Shown here piece by piece: positions 13,785-24,908 of a stretch of 64,000 nucleotides of DNA (positions within the stretch are counted from its first letter, which is position 1; each line of letters starts with the position of its first letter). The notes beneath the pieces are model-generated. The model ran no database searches and was not told the origin of the DNA. It worked only from the letters and a program-made list of their open reading frames with translations. This DNA is from Azolla caroliniana (Eukaryota > Plantae > Polypodiophyta). A program made the position numbers and the translations under genes. The stretch covers positions 10,478,001-10,542,000 of the forward strand of contig JBHGNT010000013.1 of the NCBI GenBank assembly GCA_043228905.1, given 5' to 3'.

Positions 13785-15820
13785 TGTTGGGCTAAAAGTC
13801 CCACTCTAACCACTTGTATCCTAGTGTGAACATGTGCTCACAGTTAGGGCTAAGTTACCCTAACTATATAAGTGAGAGACTAAGCATTGTAAAAAGTGTC
13901 AGTTCGGAAGTTAATGCAATACAATATTCTTTTGAGCACATAGTCATTTCTCTTTCTCTACATAATCATCTTGGCTATTTGCGTCTTTTCTTGTTTGTTT
14001 GACTAACCAACAGGTCCTCAACTTCATATTCAACAACTGGTATCAGAGCGACTTGTAGTTCGGCAACAACAACAACACAAATTTGAGAAGAGAAGAAAAG
14101 GCTGAAGGAAAGGACTAGATCAACAAACCTCACTTCCTACAAAACATGGCTTCAACATCCGGTAGAGGAGTAGAAATCCGAAAGTTCAACAACAAAACAT
14201 TTGCCCTATGGAAGGAGATGATGGAGGATGTATTGATCTGAAAGTTCAACAATAAAAGAGACATATTTTGTAAAGGGTTTTTTCTTCTCGAAGGAATGAG
14301 ATTTTCTATTTGGCATTCTTTCTTCTTCCGTACTTGAGGGGGTAGCTCTGTATGGTGTTTTATTCATAACTCTCAATTCTGACATCTGTTCTCGACATTC
14401 TATAGCTCTTGGAAAGCTCTTTCTAAGGGTTTTCCAATCTGTGTTTGCACGCTTAATTTCATTACATCAGTGGAACAATACAAGGATTTTCATCTTCACA
14501 GGTACAATTGCAAGCTACTCGTGGCTATTGGGATACATTCGTCTCGACTTCCTACTCTTCCCTTCTTCTTATTTTCACTCTCTTAGTTCAGAACCCTAAT
14601 GGTTCCGCTCAGACACACCAACTTCTTTGATGCGATAACGTAAAATCAAGGCAATATGGCACAACAACAAGCCAACCTCGGTGATAGCAGATGAATGCAT
14701 CCGCTCCCTGGAAGAAATAGCTAGGTCAACCATCCAAATGCATCTGGCCGAAAACGTCTACTTCAGTATGGCCAAAGAAACATTGACATTTGCCTTGTGG
14801 GAGACGCTCCAAGACATTTACGAAAAGAAGTCCTCCTCATTAAAGCTCATATTGATCCGACGACTGTTCAATATGAAGATGAGAGAGACGGATTCGGCGA
14901 CCTATCACATCAATACCTTCAGTCGAGTGTTGTCCGAACTCCTCTCCCAAGGGATTAACTTCGAAGAAGAAGTGAAAACCCTTACCCTCCTTTTGAGCTT
15001 GCCGTCAAGTTAGGAGGTATTCTGCATGACTTTTGCCAACAACTGTCCGAATCTAAATCTAGATGAGGCGATCAAACAAGTTCTCATTGAGGATATTCGG
15101 CGAAAATCGATGGGACTCACCATCGACAATTTGGCAAAGCCCACCATTCGACCGAGTTGATTGAACGATCCAGTCGATCGAGAGAACAAGTCGAAAGAAC
15201 CGGTAGAAACACTAGTAGACCAAGAAAGAGGGGAGACCGACATCGGTCGAAGTCGAGGAATGGTCAACCAAATGATTTCTGCACCCACTACAGAAAAGTT
15301 GGTCACAATGTTTCCGATTGTTGTTCGATTAAGAGAAAGGAGAGTGGTCGACATTCGAACGGAATTAAGGATGTTCTGACTTGAACCATTCTCCAGTCGG
15401 CAACCAAATCAATGTTGTCAACTCCCGATCACGAGAAATCCTCTTTCTAGAGGACTCGATGATCGGAGAAGTCATCTACAGTGCGCAAGACGCACAAGCA
15501 TGGCTACTGGAATCCGGTGCCACATTTCACGTGACCCAAATATCGAATGGTTTTTGAACTATTTGACCGAAGTTGATGACATTGTCCGACTAGGCAATGG
15601 GTAGGAATGCAAAATTTCCGGAATCAGCGAACTACCAATTCAATTGCCAAATGATAGTACAATTGTCCTACACCATGTTCGGCACGTACCCAAGCTCTAA
15701 AGGAGTCTGGTCTCCATCGGCATGTTAGCCAAAGATGGGTACCGAATGACTCTCAACGAGTCATCATGGATGATCAGTTGATGAAACATTAAAATCAGGA
15801 ACGGATGCAAGCATAACAAA
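13785..15820 (+). mobile_element. Ty1/Copia (Copia-B): 5' LTR, gag and protease, 3'-truncated
   Basis: LTR 13785-14035 (TGTTG..CAACA), PBS TGGTATCAGAGC at 14038-14049, gag from 14146 (MASTSGRGVEIRKFN; RRLFNMKMRE), protease WLLESGA at about 15500. Confidence 0.85.
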
Positions 15821-18700
15821 ATACTGGGTCATTTGAAACAGGTAATATGTCACATTTTAAGAATTGTCCGTCAAAAAAAGGCATAAAATAGGTTGTTTCA
15901 CAAATATTGGGGCCGCATACGTAAAGGAATTTAAAAAATGACCAAGAATATGTTGAATTTTAGCATGTCCAAAAGTTTAGGGCTTTCCAAAAATGCCTCA
16001 ATAATAGACACTAAAATCATACAAAAGAGTGCACAAAATTTAATAAATGACTACCACTTATATTTATACATATTCGCGGATTGACATTTTGATACAAAAT
16101 ACAATATTTACAATTCATGTATCACTTCCCAAAGATATGCCGTCATTTTCAAAAATATCTGATGCATTAGAAGAGCCAAGTGAGGTCTCATCCTCATCAT
16201 CACTGGCAACCAACACATTGTCTTCATTCAATTGCAATCCAACATCAACATGATTATGAGACATGCTCCTCGTTTGTATTTGTGTCATGTCGGGAGTCAC
16301 ATTTGGGACCTTCTCTTTTATTATCTTGATGGTGCTCTTTCTTAGATTTCTTGTTTTGGTGAAGGAGAAGTCATACACTAAGATGTCTACCGAATCCAAT
16401 GTAAGAGTAGATGTGCTCGGTAGATTCTTTCTTTTTCTCTTTTTGTTTAATATGCCTTGGACATCCTTAACCATCTCGAAAGAGTACTTTCCAACAAATG
16501 TATTTGGGGAAGAGCTGTGATACCAATGAACCAAAATTGACTTAACATGTTTGCCTTCTTCAACTTTCATTATTTTAAGAATTTTAGCAATCCAATTGGG
16601 ATGGCCTAACTCATCACCATAAGCTAATGTCGCAACCAACATACCAACTTGTAGCTCCTGCAAATTGCCTTATTATCTTGCTTCTACCGAACGTGATATT
16701 CTTGGTCCCACATAAATATCTCTTTGTCGTAGGCGAACAAGATTATTAACTTCGGTATTTTCTAATGACCGTTGATGAGTCGTGGACACCAAGGATCTTA
16801 CACCAATATTCCATGTGAACAGATGTTGGAGCGGCCAGTATCCAGCAAGGTGGTTTTCCAAAATCGTATGCTAATGATTGAAAAAGGTACCCCACCATTC
16901 AACATTTCATTATCCACGTACTTCTTGGTGCGCTCAATATATTTTTGTTTCTCTTCAAGGCATCACATCCAATTTATTTTTTGGCCATTACTCGAAGTAC
17001 CTGAAGCCAATTTTTTATGGTCTTCATACAACATTTGTTCTGCACCAAGGATTTCCGAAACTAGAAAGTGCAATAAGAGCCTACAACCATGTTGTGGTTC
17101 CCATTGTGAACTAGATGAGTACTGTTTGGCATACAACAATGTTGTGTTTTGACTCATAGAACTCTTTTTAATGAGGAAGACGTGGTTGAAATTTATATTA
17201 TTAAGTGGTGCAAGAACCTTGCTTTTAGTCCCATCGTCATCCATGCAAAATCGTTTGAAATCGTACACCTCGTTCAAATGTTGTACTTCTAGCTTTGGAG
17301 TATAAGCTTCTACGATCAACTTTGATAGCGTTGGGAGAGTAAAAGCATCACATCTAGCTAATTTCTTCGAGAACCTACTAAACATCTGATCTATGTGATC
17401 ATGGGTATGACCAATTAATAAGAAGTTCACCTTAATCTTCTTAAATATGCCATTCTCTACGAGCATGCTTAAATAACCGAAAATAGTCGAGTTTTTGTTT
17501 TCTCTAGCTATGTTGTCCAGTTGCACGTATAGAATTGGCGAGAGGATACGTTGTCAAGTCTGTAAAACTCTTTGTATGACTGTCATTGTAAGATTAGGAT
17601 CATTGTGGATATTGGGATAAGTCAAGAAGACTTGAGGCCTAATTGATTGACAGTACAACAAGCAATCCAGTAAATGCATTTGAACAAGGCACTCATCACC
17701 AATGTCCTTGGGCAACCTTTGAAAGTGTGGCAAACAAGTCTTCTTCTAATCCATGCCATCTATAATCAAGCACATATACTTCTCCGGTGATTGCAACGCT
17801 TTTTGTCGGTGATGCATAGCTTTTGACCATTCCAAGGCGTGACTTTCACGATGTTCTTTCAATAGATTCTTATAATTCTTTATTTCTTCATCATTTCTCC
17901 TAGTCTTTGCCATGCTTTTTAGATTTGCACAAACTTAACAAACACCCATCTGAACCTTACGAGGTATAATGACATTATTAAACTGCAATCTCTATAATCG
18001 ATTAAAATGTTTATATTGTATGTACTGCACAATTTCTAACAACATGTCATCCTTATAAGCTTGGGATATAGCCTCTAGACGTTGTTGAATACGATACAGC
18101 CTCATATTACCAATGCTATAAGAAATCTTGAAAGCAATTCAACAACATTTAATAGAAAGTGTAAAGTAATATTCAACATGTGTTGAATTTGCTACAACTA
18201 TGTGATCTAGATATAGTTGCATATGTGAAATAAAAAATGTATCTTGTTCTTCACCATTGAGTGATAAGTATTTTTCTCGTAATATCCTTGCGTTTATCTT
18301 GCCAAATTTGGAGGGACATGGACTTCCACAGCATGACTTGTTCATGTCTATTGCAATTTGACAATCCAAAGTCAAAAAGTTGAATCTCTTGACACTAACT
18401 TGACAGGGAACTTGTTTAAAAATGAGAGGTTTAGTTACGCAAGTCACATCACTAGACGCATTAACTTGATCCATATTTGCACATGAGTTGCTAATTTGAA
18501 GAGCACATGAGTTAGTAGGCTTGATCGAGAAAACAAAGTTCGAGCTAGGCATAACATCACAAGTCGACAATTGAGGTTGATCACTCTATTTAGGTACATA
18601 ATTGTACTCATCAACTGAGAATAAAGAGGAGTTATTAGATAATGTAAAAGGATCTACGGAAAATTGAGAAAATAGAGTAGAAGTTGATGACATATTATCG
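15821..18700 (-). mobile_element. Degraded Sola-like (DUF7869-type) DDD transposase; element ends not resolved
   Basis: Motifs CLIIDGMD*KKTCLPHF (about 17770-17720), LYVQLDNIARENKN and FLLIGHTHDHIDQMFSRFS (16963-17526). Cys-rich N-terminus at 18139-18570 and C-terminal fragments at 16115-16861. Confidence 0.7.
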
Positions 18701-18737
18701 ATTTTTTTAATGATCAATGAAGTTAATAAGCAATAGA

Positions 18738-19732
18738 TGTTAGAACCAAGAGAAAAGATAGAGTGGCGGAAGAAAGATGTAAAGAGATCACAAGAAGAAA
18801 GGAATGAAATGATAAGATAAGAATGAATGTATTAAGATAGAATGAGAATGGATACAAGATAGACGATGAGGGCTTAAGATTGGTGTTGATTCAAATTGGT
18901 TTGAGAAGAATTGTATGTCTATATTTATAGGTTCCTATGGAATAACCTAGAGATTTCTATAATGTTGTAGAATGTTCTAGACCTAGAATATTCTAAGATG
19001 TTCTAGGATACTCTAGAATGTTCTAGAATGTTCCAGAGTATTTATAATAATCATGTATTACAAGAAGTAGCTTTTATCATCTCATATGATCATAGGCTAT
19101 CTTAATGATTGGGTTCTTGAATATGTATTACAAGGTCTTGGGTTCAAGCCCAAGTGAAGCCATGATGTTTATGTATTTATGTAGGGGCCGGTTTGTTTGG
19201 ATAGTAGCGATGGAAGTCGTCAACAAGAGCTTGAGCATTAGAAACATTATTGACGAGTTCCTAAGTGCGATCACTTGGAGGATAGCCTACCAAATCAACC
19301 AGATAATAGAGCTTATTCCACACAATCTTAGAATCGAGAATAGCAGTTACCTCGTATTCAGGGCTGTCAGCAAGTTGGATAGAGGGAGGAGGTGGCACAA
19401 CATGATTAGGATTGGAAGAGGTGCAACAATGTTCCAAAAGAGAGCTATGAAAGACTGTGTGAAGCCGCATGTGTGCTGGAAGATTAAGACGAAAGGTTGC
19501 ATCACTAATCTGGGCAGTGATGAGAAAAGGACCTAAGCGCTGATAATCGAGCTTGTCACATGGTCGGGTAGTCTTGATGTGATGACGAAGCAACCATACT
19601 TTGTCACCAACCTTAAAAGGAGACTTAAGACGATGATTATCTGCATTGGTCTTATGTTGTGCTTGAGTTGTCTGAAAATGTGAAGATAATGCTAACTGGA
19701 TTTGGTGTAGTCAATGAAGGTGATGCTTAGCA
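18738..19732 (-). mobile_element. Chromovirus 3' remnant: integrase C-terminus, chromodomain and 3' LTR
   Basis: KLDYQRLGPFLI (GPY/F) and EYEVTAILDSKIVWNKLYYLVDLVGYPPSDRT chromodomain. LTR at about 18738-19131 resembles 9768-10126; its boundaries are approximate. Confidence 0.85.
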
Positions 19733-19765
19733 CTAGGGTTTCGTCCCGGGGGCTTCACTGTCAAA
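19733..19765 (-). mobile_element. Possible Helitron 3' end
   Basis: Minus strand ends ..gcccccgggacgaaaccCTAG|T exactly where the chromovirus sequence stops. The hairpin is imperfect. Confidence 0.3.
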
Positions 19766-20061
19766 ACTTGTATGATAGCACGTGAGTTCATCAAAAAGGG
19801 GTTTTAATTAATTAGTGAGATATAGAATATATATAAGGGTATTAATAAAGATTTGAAAAAATATATTTACATAAGGGTATTATCAATTACGTTGGGAAAA
19901 AAAATTATGTAAGCCCTTGAAATATTAGATATTTCAATGAGATAGTAAAGAATATATTATGCAAACAATATTCAAATTTGGAGTAGCATATATACATACA
20001 TATACATGCATGCATACGTATATACCTACATTCAAACATTACATCCATGAATATGTATATA

Positions 20062-20719
20062 CATAGATTGATACATGCGTGATATTCTCCATGTGCAATA
20101 TTCTCAATATTCGAGAATACGAAATGGCCCCAAGAATATTAGAAAACCATTCATTTTGCAAAATAAATATAAAATATTTATTTATTTATTTAAATAAATT
20201 TATTTCACCAAAAAAAGAACAATTATTCATTACTAGATTATAGTTATTACTGTCAAGTGAGTTTATGAAACTTATTTTTATTAATCAATTAATGAATTAA
20301 TATTTAGAAAACGAATATTTTTATATTTATTATACAAATATTATTAGTATGAACTATGTAGATATGATTAGTTTGAAGTACTATTTTTAATGTCAAAATA
20401 AAAATATCCATAAATTTTGAGGGAATAAAAAGTGAGAAATTAATGAGCCTTTATTTTATTTTATTTATTTACTAAAAATAAAACGAATACTTATAAGTTA
20501 TACATTTATTATAAAAATTTAGTAGTGTCAAATCCCTAAGTCCCTCTTTTATTATCCCTATTTATTGTCAAGCTCCCTTTTTTTTCATCCTAGAAAATAA
20601 AAAAAAACAAAGTTTTTGTTTTTTCTTTTTAGTTAAACGAATACTTGACCACCCATTCGTATTTGTATTCGTTTGCATTCGAACGGGAAACCCGACGAAT
20701 GTGAATATGTCAATTTATG
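20062..20719. mobile_element. hAT-type MITE (AT-rich, non-coding)
   Basis: Imperfect TIRs catagattgata / tgtcaatttatg; 8-bp TSD tgtatata on both sides; subterminal gaata/tattc repeats. Confidence 0.65.
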
Positions 20720-21180
20720 TGTATATACATACATTACACCCATTTATACATGCATATTGACTAAACATAAATATATGTAAAAATACACATTACCATATGT
20801 AAATATGTACATACACATACATACATACATTCATACTGCATACAAATTAGAATCAACCATATATATTGACATACATATATACATAATACATACAAAAGAA
20901 TTACATATTACATATATACATACACAAATGCATATATACATACAAAACACAAAAAAATTAATTACATATTATATATATACAAATCTTCATTCTTACAAAC
21001 AAGTTACATATATTACATATATATACACGTGCACACACACATAAATAAATTAGATATTACATAGCATATAATCTATACCTATTACACAATATACAAATTT
21101 ACACATACATAAATTACATATATACATATATAGATACATACATCGAAATATTACATATGTACATACATATTCTACATATC
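20720..21180. repeat. Degenerate (ATAC/TA)n low-complexity tract
   Basis: Runs of atac, acat and tata. Confidence 0.85.
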
Positions 21181-22595
21181 ACCGTATATGGGTAAAAGCA
21201 TGTGAGTGGAAACACTTTTATAGCTAATTAACTGGTAAAATGGCCATAGCTATTTAGCTATTTGTTTAGCTAGTTTTTTGTGGGCAAATCATAAGGATCA
21301 TTAACGAAATTTTATGCTTTATTAGTTAAATATATGTCATTTAATTTATGAGAATACTAAAACATTTGAACTTTCGTTTCTCACGTAGTGGAACTTGGAG
21401 AACAATGCCCTCATCTAAACTCGATTTGAATGTCACCAAATTCCTGTTAATCCGGAGTATGAGTTCGAAATCCAAACAGATGGAGTACTTTGAGCATGAA
21501 CGCAGATGAAACTCCCGCAACAGCACAAAAACTTTGATATCGACATTACACCTTCAGAGCTACAACACACCCCCAGTTCGATCCTCGTCCAAGTATCTAT
21601 TAGTTACACATAAAAAATTCCTTTTTATTTTTCCTTTCTAATAAGTGTAACTTTGTTGCCTGTTCATCTTTTATAAAACATGATTAGGGCGAAGTCGTTG
21701 GAGTCCCAAACAAGCATGTCTCGAAGATCAGGGTGTACCAGCAAGTGTGTTTTTTATTGACAAAAAAATTGATTAGGGTTGACTTCATACATATTTCAGA
21801 TTAGGGTTTCCGATTACCTTAAATGGTTGATTTCTGATTAGGGTTTCTGATTAAGGTTTCTAAATAGGTTTTCTGATTTTTTAAGCGATTGATTTCTGAT
21901 TACTGTTGAAAATTTCAGATTTAGTGTTGGAATTTTGAACCAATTCACATTTATGATTTCAATGGTTGTGTGTCTGCAAACTTCCCCCAAATTTGATTTA
22001 GGATTTGGGTGAATGTGGCTGATTTTTTATTTTTGAGAGCGCTCCTTCTCCTTCCATTTGGATTGACCTATTCATTATTAAATTTCCACAAAAAAAGAAA
22101 TGTAACTAGTTACTAAACCACATGCAAACCGATTATTCACAAGAGCAATCCCACCATTGGTAAGTTTATGTTTGTTGCAGCGGAGTGACATCAACTGAAC
22201 CACCGTCGGGAACGAGTTAAGATGACTATGGGGAACACTAATACACAAAATTATTCCTCAATACACAAGATTATACACAACAATATGTGGAGAACCACGG
22301 GATATTGCTCGGCCAGAACCGAGTATTGAATCACAGAAAATGGAAAGAATGAGAGAGTACACAGAAATGACACAGGAAGTTTACGTAGAAAACCCTGAAT
22401 GGGAAAAACCACGGGAGCCCATGGACTCTAACTATCACTATATGAGAGGAAATACAAAGTGGAAGCACAGAGGCAACGACCTCGTGCTCACGGTGTCGTA
22501 GTGTATTTCGTACACTACGTGAAAAAGTAAAAATAATATAACCGATTTAATTACATATAAATAAATAAAATAATATATCAAGATATTTATCACGT

Positions 22596-22666
22596 GCATA
22601 GGGCAGGATTCGAACCCTGTACCTCCACGTAGCCAAACCTCAACCTTACCATTATGCTACCTTATC
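22596..22666 (-). promoter_or_regulatory. tRNA-derived Pol III A/B-box cassette in the LTR (also at 24963-25033)
   Basis: Minus strand: A box TAGCATAATGG (22659-22649), 32-nt spacer, B box GGTTCGAATCC (22616-22606), then a T-run about 30 nt downstream. Confidence 0.7.
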
Positions 22667-23245
22667 TTTAGTGTTCTATAAACAGATTTAATAACTATAA
22701 GTGCTTTATTTGCGCTTACCTTTATTAAAAGGTAAATCGTGCATTTTTAGAGTGTGTGAATATTTTATAGAAAAAAACGTAAGCAACTAAAAAGTGACTC
22801 GTGCACATCTAGCGTGCATGAGCACTATATTTAGCAAATAAAAGCAAGGATTAGAAAAGCATCACATGCATATTTAGTGTGCATGAACATATTAGAAAAA
22901 AAAGCATGTAGCTATGCTTAGTCTCTCCCATCACTACATAAGGATGGGGAGCACAATGTAATAGTGTGTGAAATATTTGGGAAATTGGATATATTTCCTA
23001 AAACACCAATTAACAAACTATACTCGTGGGATTCACGAGATTTCTATATCTTTCTCTATCAATCTAAATACATATTCTTACATAAATATTAATCAATAAA
23101 ATACATTATACTTGTGGGATTCACAAGTTTCTAATAATCTACTCATAATTATAATAGTCTCAAATTCTTCCTCCTCCTAGTCCAAAACCCCGGTGGTTCC
23201 CACCCGACTCACGCAACGATCCGGAGCCGAAAGGCACGACACAGT

Positions 23246-23263
23246 TGGTGAACCCGACGTGAA
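23246..23263 (+). promoter_or_regulatory. PBS complementary to tRNA-Trp
   Basis: TGGTGAACCCGACGTGAA is the reverse complement of the plant tRNA-Trp 3' end (..TTCACGTCGGGTTCACCA, recalled), 4 nt after the LTR. Confidence 0.85.
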
Positions 23264-23279
23264 GGCGGGTGGCAAGGAG

Positions 23280-24908
23280 ATGGAGAATCAACAAGAGGCG
23301 ATGAACATGATGATGATGATGTTCGAGAGAATGCTACAAGAACAACGCGAGATGTCGGAGATCACGACAGTAGTACAACGGCTCGTGCAACAGAACGGGC
23401 AATTCAATGGAAAGGACGTGTCACGCTATCTACGTGACTACAAAACGGAGATGTTGCGATATGGTATCTCAGAAAGATTGCAAGTGTTATCTTTCAACCG
23501 GGTGGCTACGGATGAGCTTCAAGAGAGAATCCACGAGATACAACAACAAAGCCCGACGTGGGAGTCCTTTGAAGAAGCTATACGAGACGCATATGACTAT
23601 CTAAGACCGAAGCGGACGAGGACATGGTCCACGAACGGCGGTCAACAGTGGGTGAAAAGCGGCCACCGACTACCACCGAAGGAGAGCTTGATGCAGAAGG
23701 GTTCGGAGATGCATGAAAAGTTGCAAGTCGACATTGAAGGGGAGCTTAAAACCGAACCAAAGTCGAGGCCAACAAAGGACGAGGAGGAGGAAGATCGAGG
23801 ACGAAAGGGTATCCCCACACCGGTTCCAGAGACTTCGGCGGTTGTGCCCGTGCACCAACGTGAGACCGGAGAGACGGAATGTGTCGGCGGAAAAGTGGAG
23901 GACCGGAAGGGCAACGAGGAAGACAAAGTAAATGAGCACGAACGAAGGGATTCCTTCACCATTGTTTCGGAGACTTCGGTACTCGAGCCCGTGTGTCTAC
24001 ATAACACCGAAGATAAGGAAAGTGGCGGAGAGAAAACAAAGGTCGAAGCCGATGCGTATGACGGAGAGATAGCCAAGGAGAACATGGCTATGGGTGAAAC
24101 AACGGAAGATGATAATACCGAGGATTCCTACCCACTAATTCTAGAGACTTCGGCGGTTGTGTCCGAGAACCAACGTGAGACCGGAGAGACGGGAGGTGGC
24201 AACAAGGAAGGTAAAGTCGGAAGCCGGTTCGGATGGAAGATGATCCGTCTGAAATTCCGATGTAAACAAAAGCATGACAACGCGAAGGTCGGGTCTACGA
24301 TGGGAGAAGCATGTAATACGGAGCACGCACTACGGCACCAAAAGAAGCACGTGCTACGGCGTAAAGAGAAGCACACGCTACGGCGCAAAAAGAAGCACGC
24401 GCTACGGTGCAAAAATAAGTATGCACTACGGGGTAATACGGCGCATGCACTACGATGGAATACGAAGCACGCGCTACGGCCTAATACGACGCATGCGCAA
24501 CATCGAGAAATAAAGCATGCATTAAAGCCGCACAAGGACCTAACAGCGAGCGCGTATTCGGAGGTCGACATCGACGCGTGGGTAGAACCTACGGAAGACA
24601 AGCGCGGAGTGGAGAGAGACAACACACCGAGATGCTCAAGAGTACCACAAGGGACCATGACAACCACTCATGGCAATGCAAAGAATGAACAAAGAATATG
24701 GTGGATCGGATGGCGACAATGGTTCGGGTGGAAAGAATGGGTCTACTCAAAATGGAGAGACAAAGTTGACATAGCGGGACAAATTGAGGATGAAGGGGAG
24801 ACAACGAGCATCGGCAACTTCGGCACATACCGGAGGATGTGCGGGTTCGGAGGGGGCGAGTGTCGTAGTGTATTTCGTACACTACGTGAAAAAGTAAAAA
24901 TAATATAA
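23280..24908 (+). CDS. Intact 542-aa gag-derived protein with acidic repeats and basic HALR octapeptide repeats
   Basis: Open from the ATG after the PBS into the 3' LTR. N-terminus FNGKDVSRYLRDYKTEM..TWESFEEAIRDAY is gag-like. Confidence 0.75.
   Translation: MENQQEAMNMMMMMFERMLQEQREMSEITTVVQRLVQQNGQFNGKDVSRYLRDYKTEMLRYGISERLQVLSFNRVATDELQERIHEIQQQSPTWESFEEAIRDAYDYLRPKRTRTWSTNGGQQWVKSGHRLPPKESLMQKGSEMHEKLQVDIEGELKTEPKSRPTKDEEEEDRGRKGIPTPVPETSAVVPVHQRETGETECVGGKVEDRKGNEEDKVNEHERRDSFTIVSETSVLEPVCLHNTEDKESGGEKTKVEADAYDGEIAKENMAMGETTEDDNTEDSYPLILETSAVVSENQRETGETGGGNKEGKVGSRFGWKMIRLKFRCKQKHDNAKVGSTMGEACNTEHALRHQKKHVLRRKEKHTLRRKKKHALRCKNKYALRGNTAHALRWNTKHALRPNTTHAQHREIKHALKPHKDLTASAYSEVDIDAWVEPTEDKRGVERDNTPRCSRVPQGTMTTTHGNAKNEQRIWWIGWRQWFGWKEWVYSKWRDKVDIAGQIEDEGETTSIGNFGTYRRMCGFGGGECRSVFRTLREKVKII
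24320..24530 (+). repeat. About 9 degenerate 24-bp tandem repeats (gcacgcgctacgg core)
   Basis: Encode HALRHQKK/HVLRRKEK/HTLRRKKK/HALRCKNK/YALRGNTA/HALRWNTK/HALRPNTT. Confidence 0.9.

Noticed and set aside
21770-21870. TTAGGG-like motifs as an interstitial telomere
   Set aside because: They are scattered single motifs within gattagggtttc units, not a tandem array.
22596-22666. Functional tRNA gene
   Set aside because: The A and B boxes are present, but the anticodon arm does not fold and the acceptor stem is only partial. Reported as a tRNA-derived promoter cassette instead.
24320-24530. 24-bp periodic repeats with a conserved core and variable part, superficially CRISPR-like
   Set aside because: The units are in-frame coding repeats with only about 10 variable nt, there are no cas genes, and the context is a eukaryotic retroelement.
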